Below are positions 1-10,703 of a DNA stretch of 64,000 nt, in pieces. Made by a program: the position numbers and the translations under genes. The DNA lies in NCBI GenBank assembly GCA_045650505.1, contig JAZRRE010000030.1:78285-142284 (forward strand). The letters are read 5' to 3'. This DNA is from Clostridia bacterium. GTDB lineage: Bacteria > Bacillota > Clostridia > Christensenellales > UBA1242. Within the stretch, counting starts at the first letter, position 1; each line of letters begins with the position of its first letter. The notes below the pieces were generated by a model. It was given only the letters and a program-made list of their open reading frames with translations. It was not told where the DNA came from and searched no databases.

Positions 1-1016
1 TAATCATCACCTTCTGATGCTCTATAGAACCAAGCAATTGTATAATTTTCGCTTTCTGTTAAACCACCAACATCATAGCTTGGAGTTTTTGATGAACCAT
101 CATAAACAACACCACCAGACATTGTGATTGTTGGAACATTGATTGCATTGATTGTAAAGAGGGCAACTTTTTCGCCACCATAAATACCTTTTCCGGTTGC
201 AATAACCCTATATTCACCAGCATCAACAAATATATCTACTTCGCTAACACCATCAATATCATATGAAGCAAATTCTGTTTCACCAGGAGCTTTGTAAGCA
301 TAAGAAATTTCATAATCCTCACCTTCTGTTAAACCTTCAACGGTTGCAACAGGAGTGTGTGAAGCACCTGAATAATCTGCAGAAGTTCTATCAAGAGTAA
401 CATTTCCAAATGGATTATAAATTGAATAAACAGCTGTCTTTGTACCTTGATAATTACCCTTACCGGTTGCAGTTACTCTATAATCACCTTTTTCAACAAA
501 GTTATTTACTGACTTGTCAAGAGCAACATAGGCATCATCTTCAGCTTCAAGAGTTTTATATTCCCAAGCAATATCATAGTCAGTAGCAAGAAGACCAGAA
601 ATCGAAACGCTTGGAACTTGTGACTCACTGTTATAAACATTATAACCCATTGCTGTAATGTCAGGAAGTTCAGCAACTGTGATTGTGAAAGTTGTTTCAG
701 CTGAACCAGAAACAAGTGTGCTTCCTTCTTTTGCAGCAACTTTAACTTTTGCAGTTCCAACATTTACATTGTTTTCATAAGTAACAGTATATTCATCAGC
801 ATTGATTGTGGTATCACCATCTTTAAGCACCACGGTTGGCTTCTTTTCAGTCCTATCATAAACCACTGTGTTATATTCAAGCTCAATCATTGTTCCAGTG
901 ATTGAAATCACAGGTGGCACATCATCATCTTTCTTGCAGGCAGCAAACATACCTAAACAACAAACGAGTGAAATCATTACCATAAAAATATTAAATATCT
1001 TTTTTGATTTTCTCAT
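1..1016 (-). CDS. Surface lipoprotein with repeated Ig/MBG-like beta-sandwich domains (runs off left edge)
   Basis: Not in ORF track. Manual translation from ATG 1016: MRKSKKIFNIFMVMISLVCCLGMFAAC (lipobox), then repeats such as YDRTEKKPTVVL..EYTVTYENNVNVGTAKV and YRVTATGKGNYQG. Confidence 0.8.
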   Translation of the reverse strand, partial: MRKSKKIFNIFMVMISLVCCLGMFAACKKDDDVPPVISITGTMIELEYNTVVYDRTEKKPTVVLKDGDTTINADEYTVTYENNVNVGTAKVKVAAKEGSTLVSGSAETTFTITVAELPDITAMGYNVYNSESQVPSVSISGLLATDYDIAWEYKTLEAEDDAYVALDKSVNNFVEKGDYRVTATGKGNYQGTKTAVYSIYNPFGNVTLDRTSADYSGASHTPVATVEGLTEGEDYEISYAYKAPGETEFASYDIDGVSEVDIFVDAGEYRVIATGKGIYGGEKVALFTINAINVPTITMSGGVVYDGSSKTPSYDVGGLTESENYTIAWFYRASEGDD

Positions 1017-1460
1017 AGTTAAATCTCCTTTTATATACATATATAGAATACATTCTATTGATATAAAATGTCAAATAAATTTGATTTTTATCATAATTTA
1101 TTTATATTTTTTATTAATATTTTTTCATTATGTTTTTCGAGGAGTATTCCTTGTTAGAGTGTGCCAATTTTTAAAAAATTATACAGCTATACAAGAAATT
1201 GATTTTTAACCTTTTAAAAAACTCAAAATTTTTAATGCAACACTTCATAATTTTCATTTTAAAATGTATAAATTTTTAATTAGATTAAAATTTTAAACAT
1301 TTTTAATTTACAATTAGACTTACATAAATATAAAAAACTTAACAATTTAATCACCTAAAAACATTATACTTATTATTGTTTTTTATGCTATAATGTTTCT
1401 TGTAAAAAACAAAACAATAAATAATGAATATAATAAACTAAAACAATTTAGGAGATTTAT

Positions 1461-2360
1461 ATGGAACTTGTTATAATGGCAGCAGGTATGGGAAGTCGTT
1501 TTGGCGGACTAAAACAAATTGAGCCAATTGATAATGATGGAAACTTCATTATCGATTATTCAATTTTCGATGCTATTAGATGTGGTTTTGATAAAGTTGT
1601 CTTTATTATAAAAAAAGAAATTTATGAAACTTTTAGAAACACAATTGGCAAACGCATCGAAAAATACATCAAAACTGAATATGCTTTTCAAGAACTTGAA
1701 ACCGGAAAAGAAATTAAACTTCCTTCATCTAGAACAAAACCACTTGGCACCGCTCACGCAATTTATTCAGCGATAGACAAAATCACATCAAACTTTGCAG
1801 TGATTAATGCCGATGATTATTATGGCTATGATGCAATTTCAAAAGTTGCAGAATTCTTGAAAGAAAACAAAGCTCAAAATCAATATGCCCTTGTTGGTTA
1901 TCACGCGGAAAATACAATTAATAGCGAAGAATCCGTTAAACGCGGCGTTTGTTTTACCGATGGCAATAATCTCAAAAAAATTATTGAATCTTCAATTGAA
2001 TCAAAAAACGGAATACTTATCGCAACTCCTCTTGAAAACAAATTCTCGCCATTTGAAATCAAAAACAATCAAGTTGTTTCAATGAATCTTTTTGGTTTTA
2101 CTAAAGATTTCACAAATAAATTAAACTCTGCTTTTGAAAACTTTTTAGAAGAAAATAAATCAAATCTTGAATCAGCAGAATTTTTCCTTCCAAGCGTTGT
2201 TTCGAATTTAATCGAAACAGGCAATGCCGAAACTAAAGTTATTTCAACTTCAAGCATTTGGCACGGAATAACCTATAGAGAAGATAAAGAAAAAGTTGTT
2301 GAATTTATTAAAAACTTAAAACAGCAAAGCGTTTATCCAGAACATTTGTGGATTAAATAA
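1461..2360 (+). CDS. Sugar-phosphate nucleotidyltransferase family protein
   Basis: LVIMAAGMGSRFGGLKQ, PLGTAHA, VINADDYYG motifs; AGGAG RBS. Confidence 0.9.
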   Translation: MELVIMAAGMGSRFGGLKQIEPIDNDGNFIIDYSIFDAIRCGFDKVVFIIKKEIYETFRNTIGKRIEKYIKTEYAFQELETGKEIKLPSSRTKPLGTAHAIYSAIDKITSNFAVINADDYYGYDAISKVAEFLKENKAQNQYALVGYHAENTINSEESVKRGVCFTDGNNLKKIIESSIESKNGILIATPLENKFSPFEIKNNQVVSMNLFGFTKDFTNKLNSAFENFLEENKSNLESAEFFLPSVVSNLIETGNAETKVISTSSIWHGITYREDKEKVVEFIKNLKQQSVYPEHLWIK

Positions 2361-2407
2361 AAAACGCAAAAATACAAGAAAAAAGATATAAAATATATGA
2401 AAAAAAT
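2361..2407 (+). repeat. Post-stop bipartite motif copy 1 (AAAACGCAAAAATA-N23-TGAAAAAAAT)
   Basis: Starts immediately after TAA of the nucleotidyltransferase gene; same spacing as four other copies. Confidence 0.7.
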
Positions 2408-2529
2408 AAAAAATAATCAAAAAGGCAGCAATTTTACTGTCTTTTTTTTGATTTGACCAAAATTTTAAAAACCCTATTGAATCACTTGAAACTATATGAT
2501 ATAATAACTGTGTTAAAGGGAGAATTATT

Positions 2530-3651
2530 ATGAGCAATTTTCAAGCGAGATTAAAATTTTATAATGGAATCAACACTGCATATTCAGCAAACTACACTTG
2601 CCTTCGAATTGCAGACCAAGAAACACCATTTAAACCAGAAGCCGGCAAGATTTACACAAGAGAAGATATTTTTAATAAAAAACCTAGTGATAATTGGGTG
2701 TCAAAAAAATTAGATATTGTTTCAAATATAAGAAACACAAAAATTGGTGCTTTGAGTGACGCTTTATCACCAAACGATGAGTCTTACAGAATCATTATAG
2801 AAGAATACGAAACAGCAAAAAACAATTTCTTGTTAGTTTATAACACATATTATGAAACTGAAAAAAAACTTGACGAAATTGTTGATGGTTTTAAAATTCT
2901 TGACAAAGACTTCGATGAAATGATTAGAACTTGTTTAACATCTGCCTGCATTGCATTCACTGACCCACTTCTTGAAAAGGTGGTTGAAGTTTATTTATAT
3001 TATCTTGATGTTTATGAAAAATATACTCTTATGAGAATTTATCGCGACTTAATTAGCGAAATTTCAAATTCACTCACCAGAGGCGGCAGAAAATCATTCA
3101 CTTATGACAAACCTGCAAACCCACTTATTAAAAAACTTTCAAGAGAACAAATTTTAGACTATATTAAAGTTACAGCAACAGTTTTCTGTGACCAAGAAGA
3201 CAAACTTAAAAGACTCAATAAACAGCTCACAAAAGCATATAAAAATGGTGCAAAAAAATCAACTGATATGTATGAGGCTGTAAACGAAGTTAACAGGCTC
3301 ACAACTGAAACCTCAAACGCTGGCACACTCTCATCAATTGCTGAAGAACTTTTTGATTTTGCAACAGCACTTGAGCTTCGACTTGAAAGCGCAAACACCG
3401 ATGATGGACTCACTTCTTTTTCTAAATTTATGGAAAAAGTTAACGATTTTATTTCTGGTGTTGATGTGTTTGGAACAGAACAATTTAAAGTTAATGAAAT
3501 TTATGTTCACCAATATGAACTTGATTATATGAAATTTCTTTTCCACCTTCTTCAAACCTCACCAAAGAAAGTTAGAGAAGAACATTCAGCCGAAGACCTT
3601 AAAAAATCAACCGACAAAGCAAAAGAACAAAACAAACAAAAAGGCGAATAA
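2530..3651 (+). CDS. Hypothetical helical orphan protein
   Basis: 373-aa ORF with GGGAG RBS, upstream TATAAT and downstream terminator; no recognisable motif. Confidence 0.8.
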   Translation: MSNFQARLKFYNGINTAYSANYTCLRIADQETPFKPEAGKIYTREDIFNKKPSDNWVSKKLDIVSNIRNTKIGALSDALSPNDESYRIIIEEYETAKNNFLLVYNTYYETEKKLDEIVDGFKILDKDFDEMIRTCLTSACIAFTDPLLEKVVEVYLYYLDVYEKYTLMRIYRDLISEISNSLTRGGRKSFTYDKPANPLIKKLSREQILDYIKVTATVFCDQEDKLKRLNKQLTKAYKNGAKKSTDMYEAVNEVNRLTTETSNAGTLSSIAEELFDFATALELRLESANTDDGLTSFSKFMEKVNDFISGVDVFGTEQFKVNEIYVHQYELDYMKFLFHLLQTSPKKVREEHSAEDLKKSTDKAKEQNKQKGE

Positions 3652-3667
3652 TTTTAAAATAAATCAC

Positions 3668-3701
3668 AAAAAAAGATGGAAATATTCCATCTTTTTCTTT
3701 T
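3668..3701. terminator. Bidirectional intrinsic terminator
   Basis: aaaaagatggaa-ata-ttccatcttttt between convergent genes. Confidence 0.8.
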
Positions 3702-3703
3702 GT

Positions 3704-6334
3704 TTATTTATCTTTAAATATCTTTGCAAGTATTGGTTTGATAAGCTCAATAACAAAGAATGCTAAAACAGCAATTCCAACAATGCTAGCAAATTGAAGA
3801 ATTGTGATTGGAACAAGACCAAACAAACTTCCAACACCTGTAAAGAATACAGGAATTTGTATTGCAAAAATCACAAATGTTGAAATATTCATAACTTTGT
3901 TTCCAAAAATACCTTTCTTGAAAGAGAAATCCTTAAGTTCTTTGCAATTATAAGTGAATGTAAGTTCAGCAAGCACAATAGATAAAAGTGTGAGGGTCAT
4001 AGCAATTTCATAACCAAACCATACTTCAGAAACAAAGAAAATTGCAAGAGACATACCTGCTTCAATCAATGCAGTTGTTATAATTGATGCAATCATAAAT
4101 GGCGTAAACACTCTTTTTTCAAGACCATTTGGTTTGCGTTTCATTGCACGTTTATCATTTTTTTCAAATGCTAGCGCTATTGAAGGAATGGTGTCAGCAA
4201 TAATATCAATATAGAGAATGTGAAGTGGTGAAATGATATCTTTAAGCATAATCATTCCCACAATAATAATAAAGATTTCTGCAAAGTTTGATGAAAGGTT
4301 ATAAAGAATAGTTCGAAGCACGTTGTTATAAATTCTTCTTCCTTCTTCAACCGCAGTCACAATTGTTGCAAAACTATCGTCCATCAAAATGATGTCTGCA
4401 ACATTTTTAGTAACATCAGTTCCCGCCTTGCCCATACCAATTCCAACGTGAGCAAGTTTAAGCGCTGGTGCATCATTAACGCCGTCACCTGTCATTGCAA
4501 CAACTTTTCCTGCAGCTTGGAATGCACGAACAATTCTAACTTTATGTTCTGGGGTAACACGTGCAAAAACTGTATATTTCTTAACAAAACTAACAAGTTC
4601 ATCATCGGTATATTTGTCAATTGCCTTTCCTTCAACTCCTTGAGTTTCATCTTTAGCAATTCCAACTTCAATCGCAATTGCCATAGCAGTTGCTAAACTA
4701 TCACCGGTAATCATTATTGGTCGCATCTTTGCATCTTTACATTTTTTAACCGCTTCTTTAACACCATCTTTTGGAGGGTCAACAAGCCCACAAATACCAA
4801 CCAAAATTAAATTATTTTCATCTTCTGATTCGTATTCTTCTTTAAGGTTAACTTTTTTATAAGCAAATGCCAAAACTTTGTAAGCTTTTTTACTCATCGC
4901 CTTTTCTTTTGCAAGGAAATGACTTGCTATAAGTTTAGTCATTTTAATAACTTTGCCATTTTTGTAATAACCTGAACACTTTGATAAGATTGCTTGAAGG
5001 CTTCCTTTTGTGAGCATATAGTGACCTTCATTCATTTCACAAATAGCACTCATCATTTTTCTGTTTGAATCAAATGAAATTTCATTCACTCTTTCATATT
5101 TCTCACGAACTGAATCAAGTGAAATATTGATATTATACAAATATTTTGAAAGTGCAATTTCAACAGGGTCACCAAGAAACTCACCTTTGTTTTTTGCATC
5201 GGCTTCGTTGTCGTTGCAAAGTGCCATAATGTTGTTAAGCATTTCAAGTTCATTATAATTTTTCTTTACATCAAGATAAGTTTTGTCGTTCGCATAAAGC
5301 TGAACAAGTGTCATTTGGTTTGTTGTGATTGTTCCGGTTTTATCAGAACATATAATTTGTGTTGCACCAAGTGTTTCAATTGCTGCAAGCTGTTTAACAA
5401 CTGTTTTTCTTTTTGACATCTGCTGAACACCAATTGTAAGTGTTGCAGTAATCGACACCGGAAGCACTTCTGGAACTGCAGCAAGCACCATTGAAATGCA
5501 AAGCATAATAATTGAAAGAGCATCTTTTTGAAGCACCAATCCATAGCAAAGTGTTGCCGCAATCAATATGCACGCAACTGCGGTAATGAATCCACTAACT
5601 TTTTTAATTTTCACTTGAAGTGGAGTAAGCGCCTCTTTGCCAGAATCTAGACTTCCCGCAATTTTTCCAAGTTCGGTATCCATAGCTGTTGCAAACACAA
5701 CCGCTTCAATTCGACCATTAACTACATTTGTTCCCGAAAATATAATGTTTGTTTGGTCTTGAATAAGTTTATCACCTGAAAGCACACCTTCATCTTTTTC
5801 AACCTGCATACTTTCACCGGTTAAAATTGATTCATCAACCTTTGCATTTGCTGCCATTAAAATTCTTGCATCTGCTGGAATTTTATCACCGGCTTCAAGT
5901 GAAATAATATCACCAACAACAAGGTCTTTTGTGTCAACTTCAACCCAAACACCATCACGCTTAACTTGAACTTTTGACTGTGTCATAGTTTTTAGTGCAT
6001 CAATTGCATTTTCAGATTTCAGTTCTTGGAAGAATCCCATAAAAATATTAACTGTTATACAAGAAAAAATTACAATTGCTTCAATGATACTTTCGCCATT
6101 CACTAATGAATAAACAAGCGACACAATGCCAACAAGAATCAAAAGCAAAACCATCATATTTGAAAACTGACTAAAAAATATTTTAAGTGGACTCTTCTTA
6201 TTTTTCTCTTTTAAAATATTCTCTCCGTGAGTTTGAAGCCTTTCTTCTGCTTCTGTTTGAGTTAAACCTTTTTCAGAAGTTTGAAGTGTGCCAAAAACTT
6301 CTTCTTCGGTCATTTCATAAAATCGTTTTTTCAT
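3704..6334 (-). CDS. P-type ATPase, type IIA (Ca2+-translocating-like)
   Basis: TGES, DKTGTIT, TGD, GDGVNDAPAL motifs; multiple TM segments. Confidence 0.95.
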   Translation of the reverse strand: MKKRFYEMTEEEVFGTLQTSEKGLTQTEAEERLQTHGENILKEKNKKSPLKIFFSQFSNMMVLLLILVGIVSLVYSLVNGESIIEAIVIFSCITVNIFMGFFQELKSENAIDALKTMTQSKVQVKRDGVWVEVDTKDLVVGDIISLEAGDKIPADARILMAANAKVDESILTGESMQVEKDEGVLSGDKLIQDQTNIIFSGTNVVNGRIEAVVFATAMDTELGKIAGSLDSGKEALTPLQVKIKKVSGFITAVACILIAATLCYGLVLQKDALSIIMLCISMVLAAVPEVLPVSITATLTIGVQQMSKRKTVVKQLAAIETLGATQIICSDKTGTITTNQMTLVQLYANDKTYLDVKKNYNELEMLNNIMALCNDNEADAKNKGEFLGDPVEIALSKYLYNINISLDSVREKYERVNEISFDSNRKMMSAICEMNEGHYMLTKGSLQAILSKCSGYYKNGKVIKMTKLIASHFLAKEKAMSKKAYKVLAFAYKKVNLKEEYESEDENNLILVGICGLVDPPKDGVKEAVKKCKDAKMRPIMITGDSLATAMAIAIEVGIAKDETQGVEGKAIDKYTDDELVSFVKKYTVFARVTPEHKVRIVRAFQAAGKVVAMTGDGVNDAPALKLAHVGIGMGKAGTDVTKNVADIILMDDSFATIVTAVEEGRRIYNNVLRTILYNLSSNFAEIFIIIVGMIMLKDIISPLHILYIDIIADTIPSIALAFEKNDKRAMKRKPNGLEKRVFTPFMIASIITTALIEAGMSLAIFFVSEVWFGYEIAMTLTLLSIVLAELTFTYNCKELKDFSFKKGIFGNKVMNISTFVIFAIQIPVFFTGVGSLFGLVPITILQFASIVGIAVLAFFVIELIKPILAKIFKDK

Positions 6335-6454
6335 AAAACTTTCCCCCTAACAATAAAATGATAGCATAAACTTAAAATACACTCAAAACAAAAAAACACA
6401 ACTTATTTAATTTCAAACAAAAAAACCTTTGAAATCCAAAGGTCTTTTTATTTT

Positions 6455-6787
6455 TTATTTATCTTCTTTAATCGTTTTTTCCAAAAATATTCTTTCTTTG
6501 AAAGCACCACGCTTTTTTGCTTTTTCTTCTGCCACTTGAATCACCTGTTCAAGATTTGAACCTTCAAGTTCTGCAAGTGCTTTTAAAATTTCAAGCATAT
6601 CGGCAAGTTCTTCAACTCTTTCACTTCCCTGTGCTTCAAGCACTTCGTTATATTCTTCAAAAAGTTTCTTTTCAAGTTCAGCCTTAAATTCTTGCTCATC
6701 AAGAATTCTGCACTTTGCAATTTCACCATTTGATTCAATTATTTCTGGAATTTTATCACGAACGAGTTTGTTATAAATCTTTTCCAT
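6455..6787 (-). CDS. All-alpha NTP pyrophosphohydrolase (MazG/HisE-like)
   Basis: YNKLVRDKIPEII, KKLFEE, EELADMLE, KRGAF; start reassigned to ATG 6787. Confidence 0.85.
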   Translation of the reverse strand: MEKIYNKLVRDKIPEIIESNGEIAKCRILDEQEFKAELEKKLFEEYNEVLEAQGSERVEELADMLEILKALAELEGSNLEQVIQVAEEKAKKRGAFKERIFLEKTIKEDK

Positions 6788-6797
6788 AACCTGCCTC

Positions 6798-7979
6798 TTA
6801 TTCAGTTGCATAGTTATCAAAGTAACCAGTGATTAAAATGATAGGAGTTCCCTTATCGCCAGAACCTGAAACAAGGTCTGAAAGCGAACCAACAAGGTCT
6901 GTAATTCTTCTTGGAGTTGTTCCAAGGGAAACCTTGCTTGTTTTCAAATCTTTCTCTTTGTTTAAAATAAACTTTTTCATTTCATCTTCTGCTTCTTTTC
7001 CTGTTAAACCTTCAATGTTGTTATCAGCAACATATTTAAGCTTAATTTCACTAGGAGTTCCAACAAGTCCTGAAGTGAATCCTGGGCTAACAACAGGGTC
7101 AGCAAGTTCCCAAATTCCACCAACAGGGTCTTTGAATGCACCGTCACCATAAACCATACATTCAATAGTTTTGCCGGTTCTCTTTTTCATTTCTGCTTGA
7201 AGTTTTTCAGCAAATTCTTGACCTGCTCTTGGGAATAGTTTGAGTTGACCGTCTTTTGATTTGTTTGAACCAAGAACACCATACTCTTCATGATATCCGT
7301 GTTCTGTTGATGGTTCACTTAAAATGTCTGTGAGTGAAATAACTTTTTCGGCACCATTTGCTTGAAGAAGTTTCTTTGTTCTGTGTCTTGAATGAATGTC
7401 AGCACCAATAACTTTTTTGGTGTATTTCAAAATTTCGGTTGGGTCATTACTTAAGATAACTTTTGCTTTGCCACCACAAATTTCAAGATATGTCTTGATG
7501 TAATCCATTCCTGTGAATGGGTGTTCAACACTTCCAACAAGGTTGTAAAATTCTTCGCTTGTGTAAGCCTTATCAAATTTATAAATTCCAAGTTCGTAAA
7601 GTTTGTCGATTGAAACAAGTGGGTTGCCCACTTCATCAAATGGGTATGAAAGTTGAATGATAAGTTCATCAACACCTTTAATAATACCCTCTAAAATGCC
7701 TGTGAAACGATTTCTTGAAAGAATTGGAAAGATTAAACCAACAGGGCCTTCTCCAAGTTTTGCTCTAACATCATTTGCAATATCATCAGTTGTTGCAAGG
7801 TTGCCTTGACTTTTAGCAAGCACTGCTTCAGTTACAGCAATAATATCTTTATCCTTCAAATTAATATTTCTTTCGCTGACAGTTGCAAGAACAGAATCAG
7901 CAACAATTGAAACAAGGTCATCGCCAGGTCGAATGATTGGTGCTCTAACACCAAACGCACAAGTTCCGTATGTTCTCAT
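6798..7979 (-). CDS. Coenzyme F420-0:gamma-glutamyl ligase (CofE)-family protein, Firmicutes type
   Basis: PIIRPGDDL, AVTEAVLAKSQG, GTTPRRITDLVGSLSDLVSGSGDKGTP. Confidence 0.85.
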   Translation of the reverse strand: MRTYGTCAFGVRAPIIRPGDDLVSIVADSVLATVSERNINLKDKDIIAVTEAVLAKSQGNLATTDDIANDVRAKLGEGPVGLIFPILSRNRFTGILEGIIKGVDELIIQLSYPFDEVGNPLVSIDKLYELGIYKFDKAYTSEEFYNLVGSVEHPFTGMDYIKTYLEICGGKAKVILSNDPTEILKYTKKVIGADIHSRHRTKKLLQANGAEKVISLTDILSEPSTEHGYHEEYGVLGSNKSKDGQLKLFPRAGQEFAEKLQAEMKKRTGKTIECMVYGDGAFKDPVGGIWELADPVVSPGFTSGLVGTPSEIKLKYVADNNIEGLTGKEAEDEMKKFILNKEKDLKTSKVSLGTTPRRITDLVGSLSDLVSGSGDKGTPIILITGYFDNYATE

Positions 7980-8162
7980 ATTTTACCTCCTTATTGTAAA
8001 ACAACAAGTTTATTTTAATTTTTTTAAAAGACTGCTGTCAAATAAATCATAATAATCACACAAACTTTTTCAATCTTTGTGTAATTTTGACAGCAAAATA
8101 TTATGCAATCAAAAAAAAGTGTGTTATCATTTTATTGCAAAGAAATAAAGGAGTGTTCATTT

Positions 8163-9140
8163 ATGGTAGAAAAGTTAGTTTCAGTAATCGTTCCGGTGTT
8201 CAACGCCGAGAAATATGTGAATCGTTGTATCGATTCAATTTTAAACCAAACCTATGAAAATTTAGAGGTTATTTTGGTGAACGATGGAAGTGTTGATGGA
8301 AGCATTAAAATTTGTGAAAAGTGGCAAAAACTTGACTCAAGAGTTAAACTTATCACACAAGAAAATGCTGGCGTTTCTGCTGCAAGAAACACAGGAATCG
8401 AAAACGCAACCGGTGACTATATTTCTTTTGTTGACAATGATGATTGGCTTCGACCAGAGATGTATAAAGACCTTGTTAGACAAGCACAAAAAGATAATGC
8501 TGACCTCACATTCTGCAAATTTATCAATGTTGATAAATCATATAACAGAGAAAATATTAATGAAATCAATCTTTCACCTGAAAATTTAAAACACCCTGAA
8601 TTCTTCTTTTTGAAAAACAGAAAAGGCAACAACCTTTCAGGAATCATTGGTTGCTGCAACCGAATTTTAATCAAAAAAGAAATGCTCAAAAAACTTAAAT
8701 TTGACACATCACTCAAGTTTGGTGAAAATGTGCTTTTTGTTTTAAACCTTGTGAAAAATGCAAAACGCATTTCAGTTGTTGATGAATATCTTTACAACCA
8801 CTTCAAAGATTCAGACATCAAAACTTATGATGAAAACTATATCGAGCATTTGAACACATATCACAAGGCAGTTAGCAAGTTTTTCAAGAGCTACAACCTT
8901 GAACTTGGCTATCTTCTAGATAACGACTATGTTCACAAAGTAATCAAGGCATACATTAAAAATGACAACTTTGTAAGTGCGATGAAAGACGCCGAAGAAT
9001 CAAACGAAATCTTCAAATCTGCCCTTTCTAAAGCAAACTATAAAAAACTCAAAAAACTTAAACACACTGCAAAACTTAAATTTAAAAACTATTTAATCTT
9101 CCACAAAAAATGGAACTGTTATAAAAAGTTTTTCAAATAA
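8163..9140 (+). CDS. Glycosyltransferase family 2
   Basis: VSVIVPVFN, VNDGSVD, NAGVSAARN, FVDNDD; ATG 8163 after AAGGAG. Confidence 0.92.
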   Translation: MVEKLVSVIVPVFNAEKYVNRCIDSILNQTYENLEVILVNDGSVDGSIKICEKWQKLDSRVKLITQENAGVSAARNTGIENATGDYISFVDNDDWLRPEMYKDLVRQAQKDNADLTFCKFINVDKSYNRENINEINLSPENLKHPEFFFLKNRKGNNLSGIIGCCNRILIKKEMLKKLKFDTSLKFGENVLFVLNLVKNAKRISVVDEYLYNHFKDSDIKTYDENYIEHLNTYHKAVSKFFKSYNLELGYLLDNDYVHKVIKAYIKNDNFVSAMKDAEESNEIFKSALSKANYKKLKKLKHTAKLKFKNYLIFHKKWNCYKKFFK

Positions 9141-9143
9141 AAG

Positions 9144-9173
9144 GCAGCACCTTGAAAACAGGTGCTGTTTTTT
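9144..9173 (+). terminator. Intrinsic terminator
   Basis: cagcacct...aggtgctg stem followed by T-run. Confidence 0.8.
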
Positions 9174-9240
9174 GTTTGATATCAAAATTAATTTTTAAAA
9201 ATAAAACACTTGTGTTAAAATTAAATCATAGGAGAATTTT

Positions 9241-10125
9241 ATGGAAAAATCTAAAGTTTATTTTTCAAAAGAAATCACACCTGAATCACTTGTTAAAATG
9301 TTTGAAGTTTTAAACAAACCACTTGCTGGAAAAGTTGCTGTTAAACTTCATTCAGGTGAGAAAGGTAATCAAAATTATTTAAGACCAGAGTTTGTGAAAA
9401 GCCTTGTCGAAAAGGTTAACGGCACAGTTGTTGAATGCAACACAGCATACGCTGGTGCAAGAAACACAACTGAAAAACACATCAAACTTATGGCTGAACA
9501 CGGTTGGTCAAAACACTTTGATGTTGACATTTTAGATGGCGAAGTTGAAGACCTTGTGCTTGAAGTTAAAAATGGCAAAATTTTAAAGAACAACTATGTC
9601 GGTGGTGGCATTCAAAAATATGATTCAGCACTTGTGCTCTCACATTTCAAAGGTCACCCAATGGGTGGCTATGGTGGAGCAATCAAACAACTTTCAATCG
9701 GTTTTGCTTCATCAAACGGAAAGGCTCACATTCATTCAGGTGGCAAAGTTTTAAGTCAAGCAACCGTTTGGAGAAACACTGCCCCACAAAACGACTTTTT
9801 GTGTGCTATGGCAGAATCTGCAAAAACCGTTGCTGACTATTTTGGTGACAACATTGTTTACATCAATGTTATGTGCAATATGTCAGTTGATTGCGACTGC
9901 TGTGCTGTTGCTGAAGACCCATGCATAAGTGATATTGGCGTGCTTGCTTCAACCGACCCTGTTGCGATTGATAAGGCGTGCGTTGACCTTGTTTATTCTT
10001 GCACAGACCCTAAAAAAGGTCATTTGATTGAAAGAATTGAAAGCAGAAACGGGCTTCACACAATCAAATGCGCAACTGAAATTGGGCTTGGCTCAACTGA
10101 TTATGAACTTATAAACATTGACTAA
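9241..10125 (+). CDS. DUF362-family Fe-S protein
   Basis: KLHSGEKGN, SHFKGHPMGGYGGAIK, DCDC, DPVAIDKAC. Confidence 0.85.
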   Translation: MEKSKVYFSKEITPESLVKMFEVLNKPLAGKVAVKLHSGEKGNQNYLRPEFVKSLVEKVNGTVVECNTAYAGARNTTEKHIKLMAEHGWSKHFDVDILDGEVEDLVLEVKNGKILKNNYVGGGIQKYDSALVLSHFKGHPMGGYGGAIKQLSIGFASSNGKAHIHSGGKVLSQATVWRNTAPQNDFLCAMAESAKTVADYFGDNIVYINVMCNMSVDCDCCAVAEDPCISDIGVLASTDPVAIDKACVDLVYSCTDPKKGHLIERIESRNGLHTIKCATEIGLGSTDYELINID

Positions 10126-10135
10126 AGGAGGATTT

Positions 10136-10651
10136 ATGACTTTTAGACTTGCAACTGAAAAAGACCTTCCAGCACTTGAAACAATGTATAAAGACATTGC
10201 AGACAATCTCACAAAAAATAATATCAAAATTTATTGGAGCAAGTTTTACCCTTACGAAGAAATTGAGGAGATTGACATAAAAAACAAAACTTTTTATGTG
10301 CTTGAAGAAAATGGTAAAATTGTTGGCGGAATCAATCTTTCAACCACTCACGAAAAAGCAAACCAAATTTCGTGGAAACACCAAACAGAAAACACAATTT
10401 ACATTTCAAAACTTGGTGTCAATATTAAAAATTTAAAGCAAGGTGTTGGCAGCAAACTAATCAATCACGCAAAACAAATTGCAAAGAAACAAGATGCAGA
10501 AGTGTTAAGGCTTTTTGTGGTTAACATAAACACACCTGCAATCAAACTTTATGAAAAGAATGGTTTTGAAAGAACAAATGGAACAACCAAAGAACACCTT
10601 GAGTTTCACGGTGTCACTCTAACCGAATTTGGCTATGAACTTAAAATTTAA
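10136..10651 (+). CDS. GNAT family acetyltransferase
   Basis: FRLAT..DL, QGVGSKLI, NTPAIKLYEKNGF; ATG 10136 after AAGGAGG. Confidence 0.9.
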   Translation: MTFRLATEKDLPALETMYKDIADNLTKNNIKIYWSKFYPYEEIEEIDIKNKTFYVLEENGKIVGGINLSTTHEKANQISWKHQTENTIYISKLGVNIKNLKQGVGSKLINHAKQIAKKQDAEVLRLFVVNINTPAIKLYEKNGFERTNGTTKEHLEFHGVTLTEFGYELKI

Positions 10652-10667
10652 ATAAAAAAATGACACA

Positions 10668-10696
10668 AAAAAACACTGACAGTTGTCAGTGTTTTT
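10668..10696. terminator. Bidirectional intrinsic terminator
   Basis: aaaaacactgaca-gt-tgtcagtgttttt. Confidence 0.8.
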
Positions 10697-10703
10697 ATTT
10701 TTA

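Noticed and set aside
506-1209. ORFs 506-763 and 868-1209
   Set aside because: Off-frame or antisense shadows of the lipoprotein gene starting at 1016
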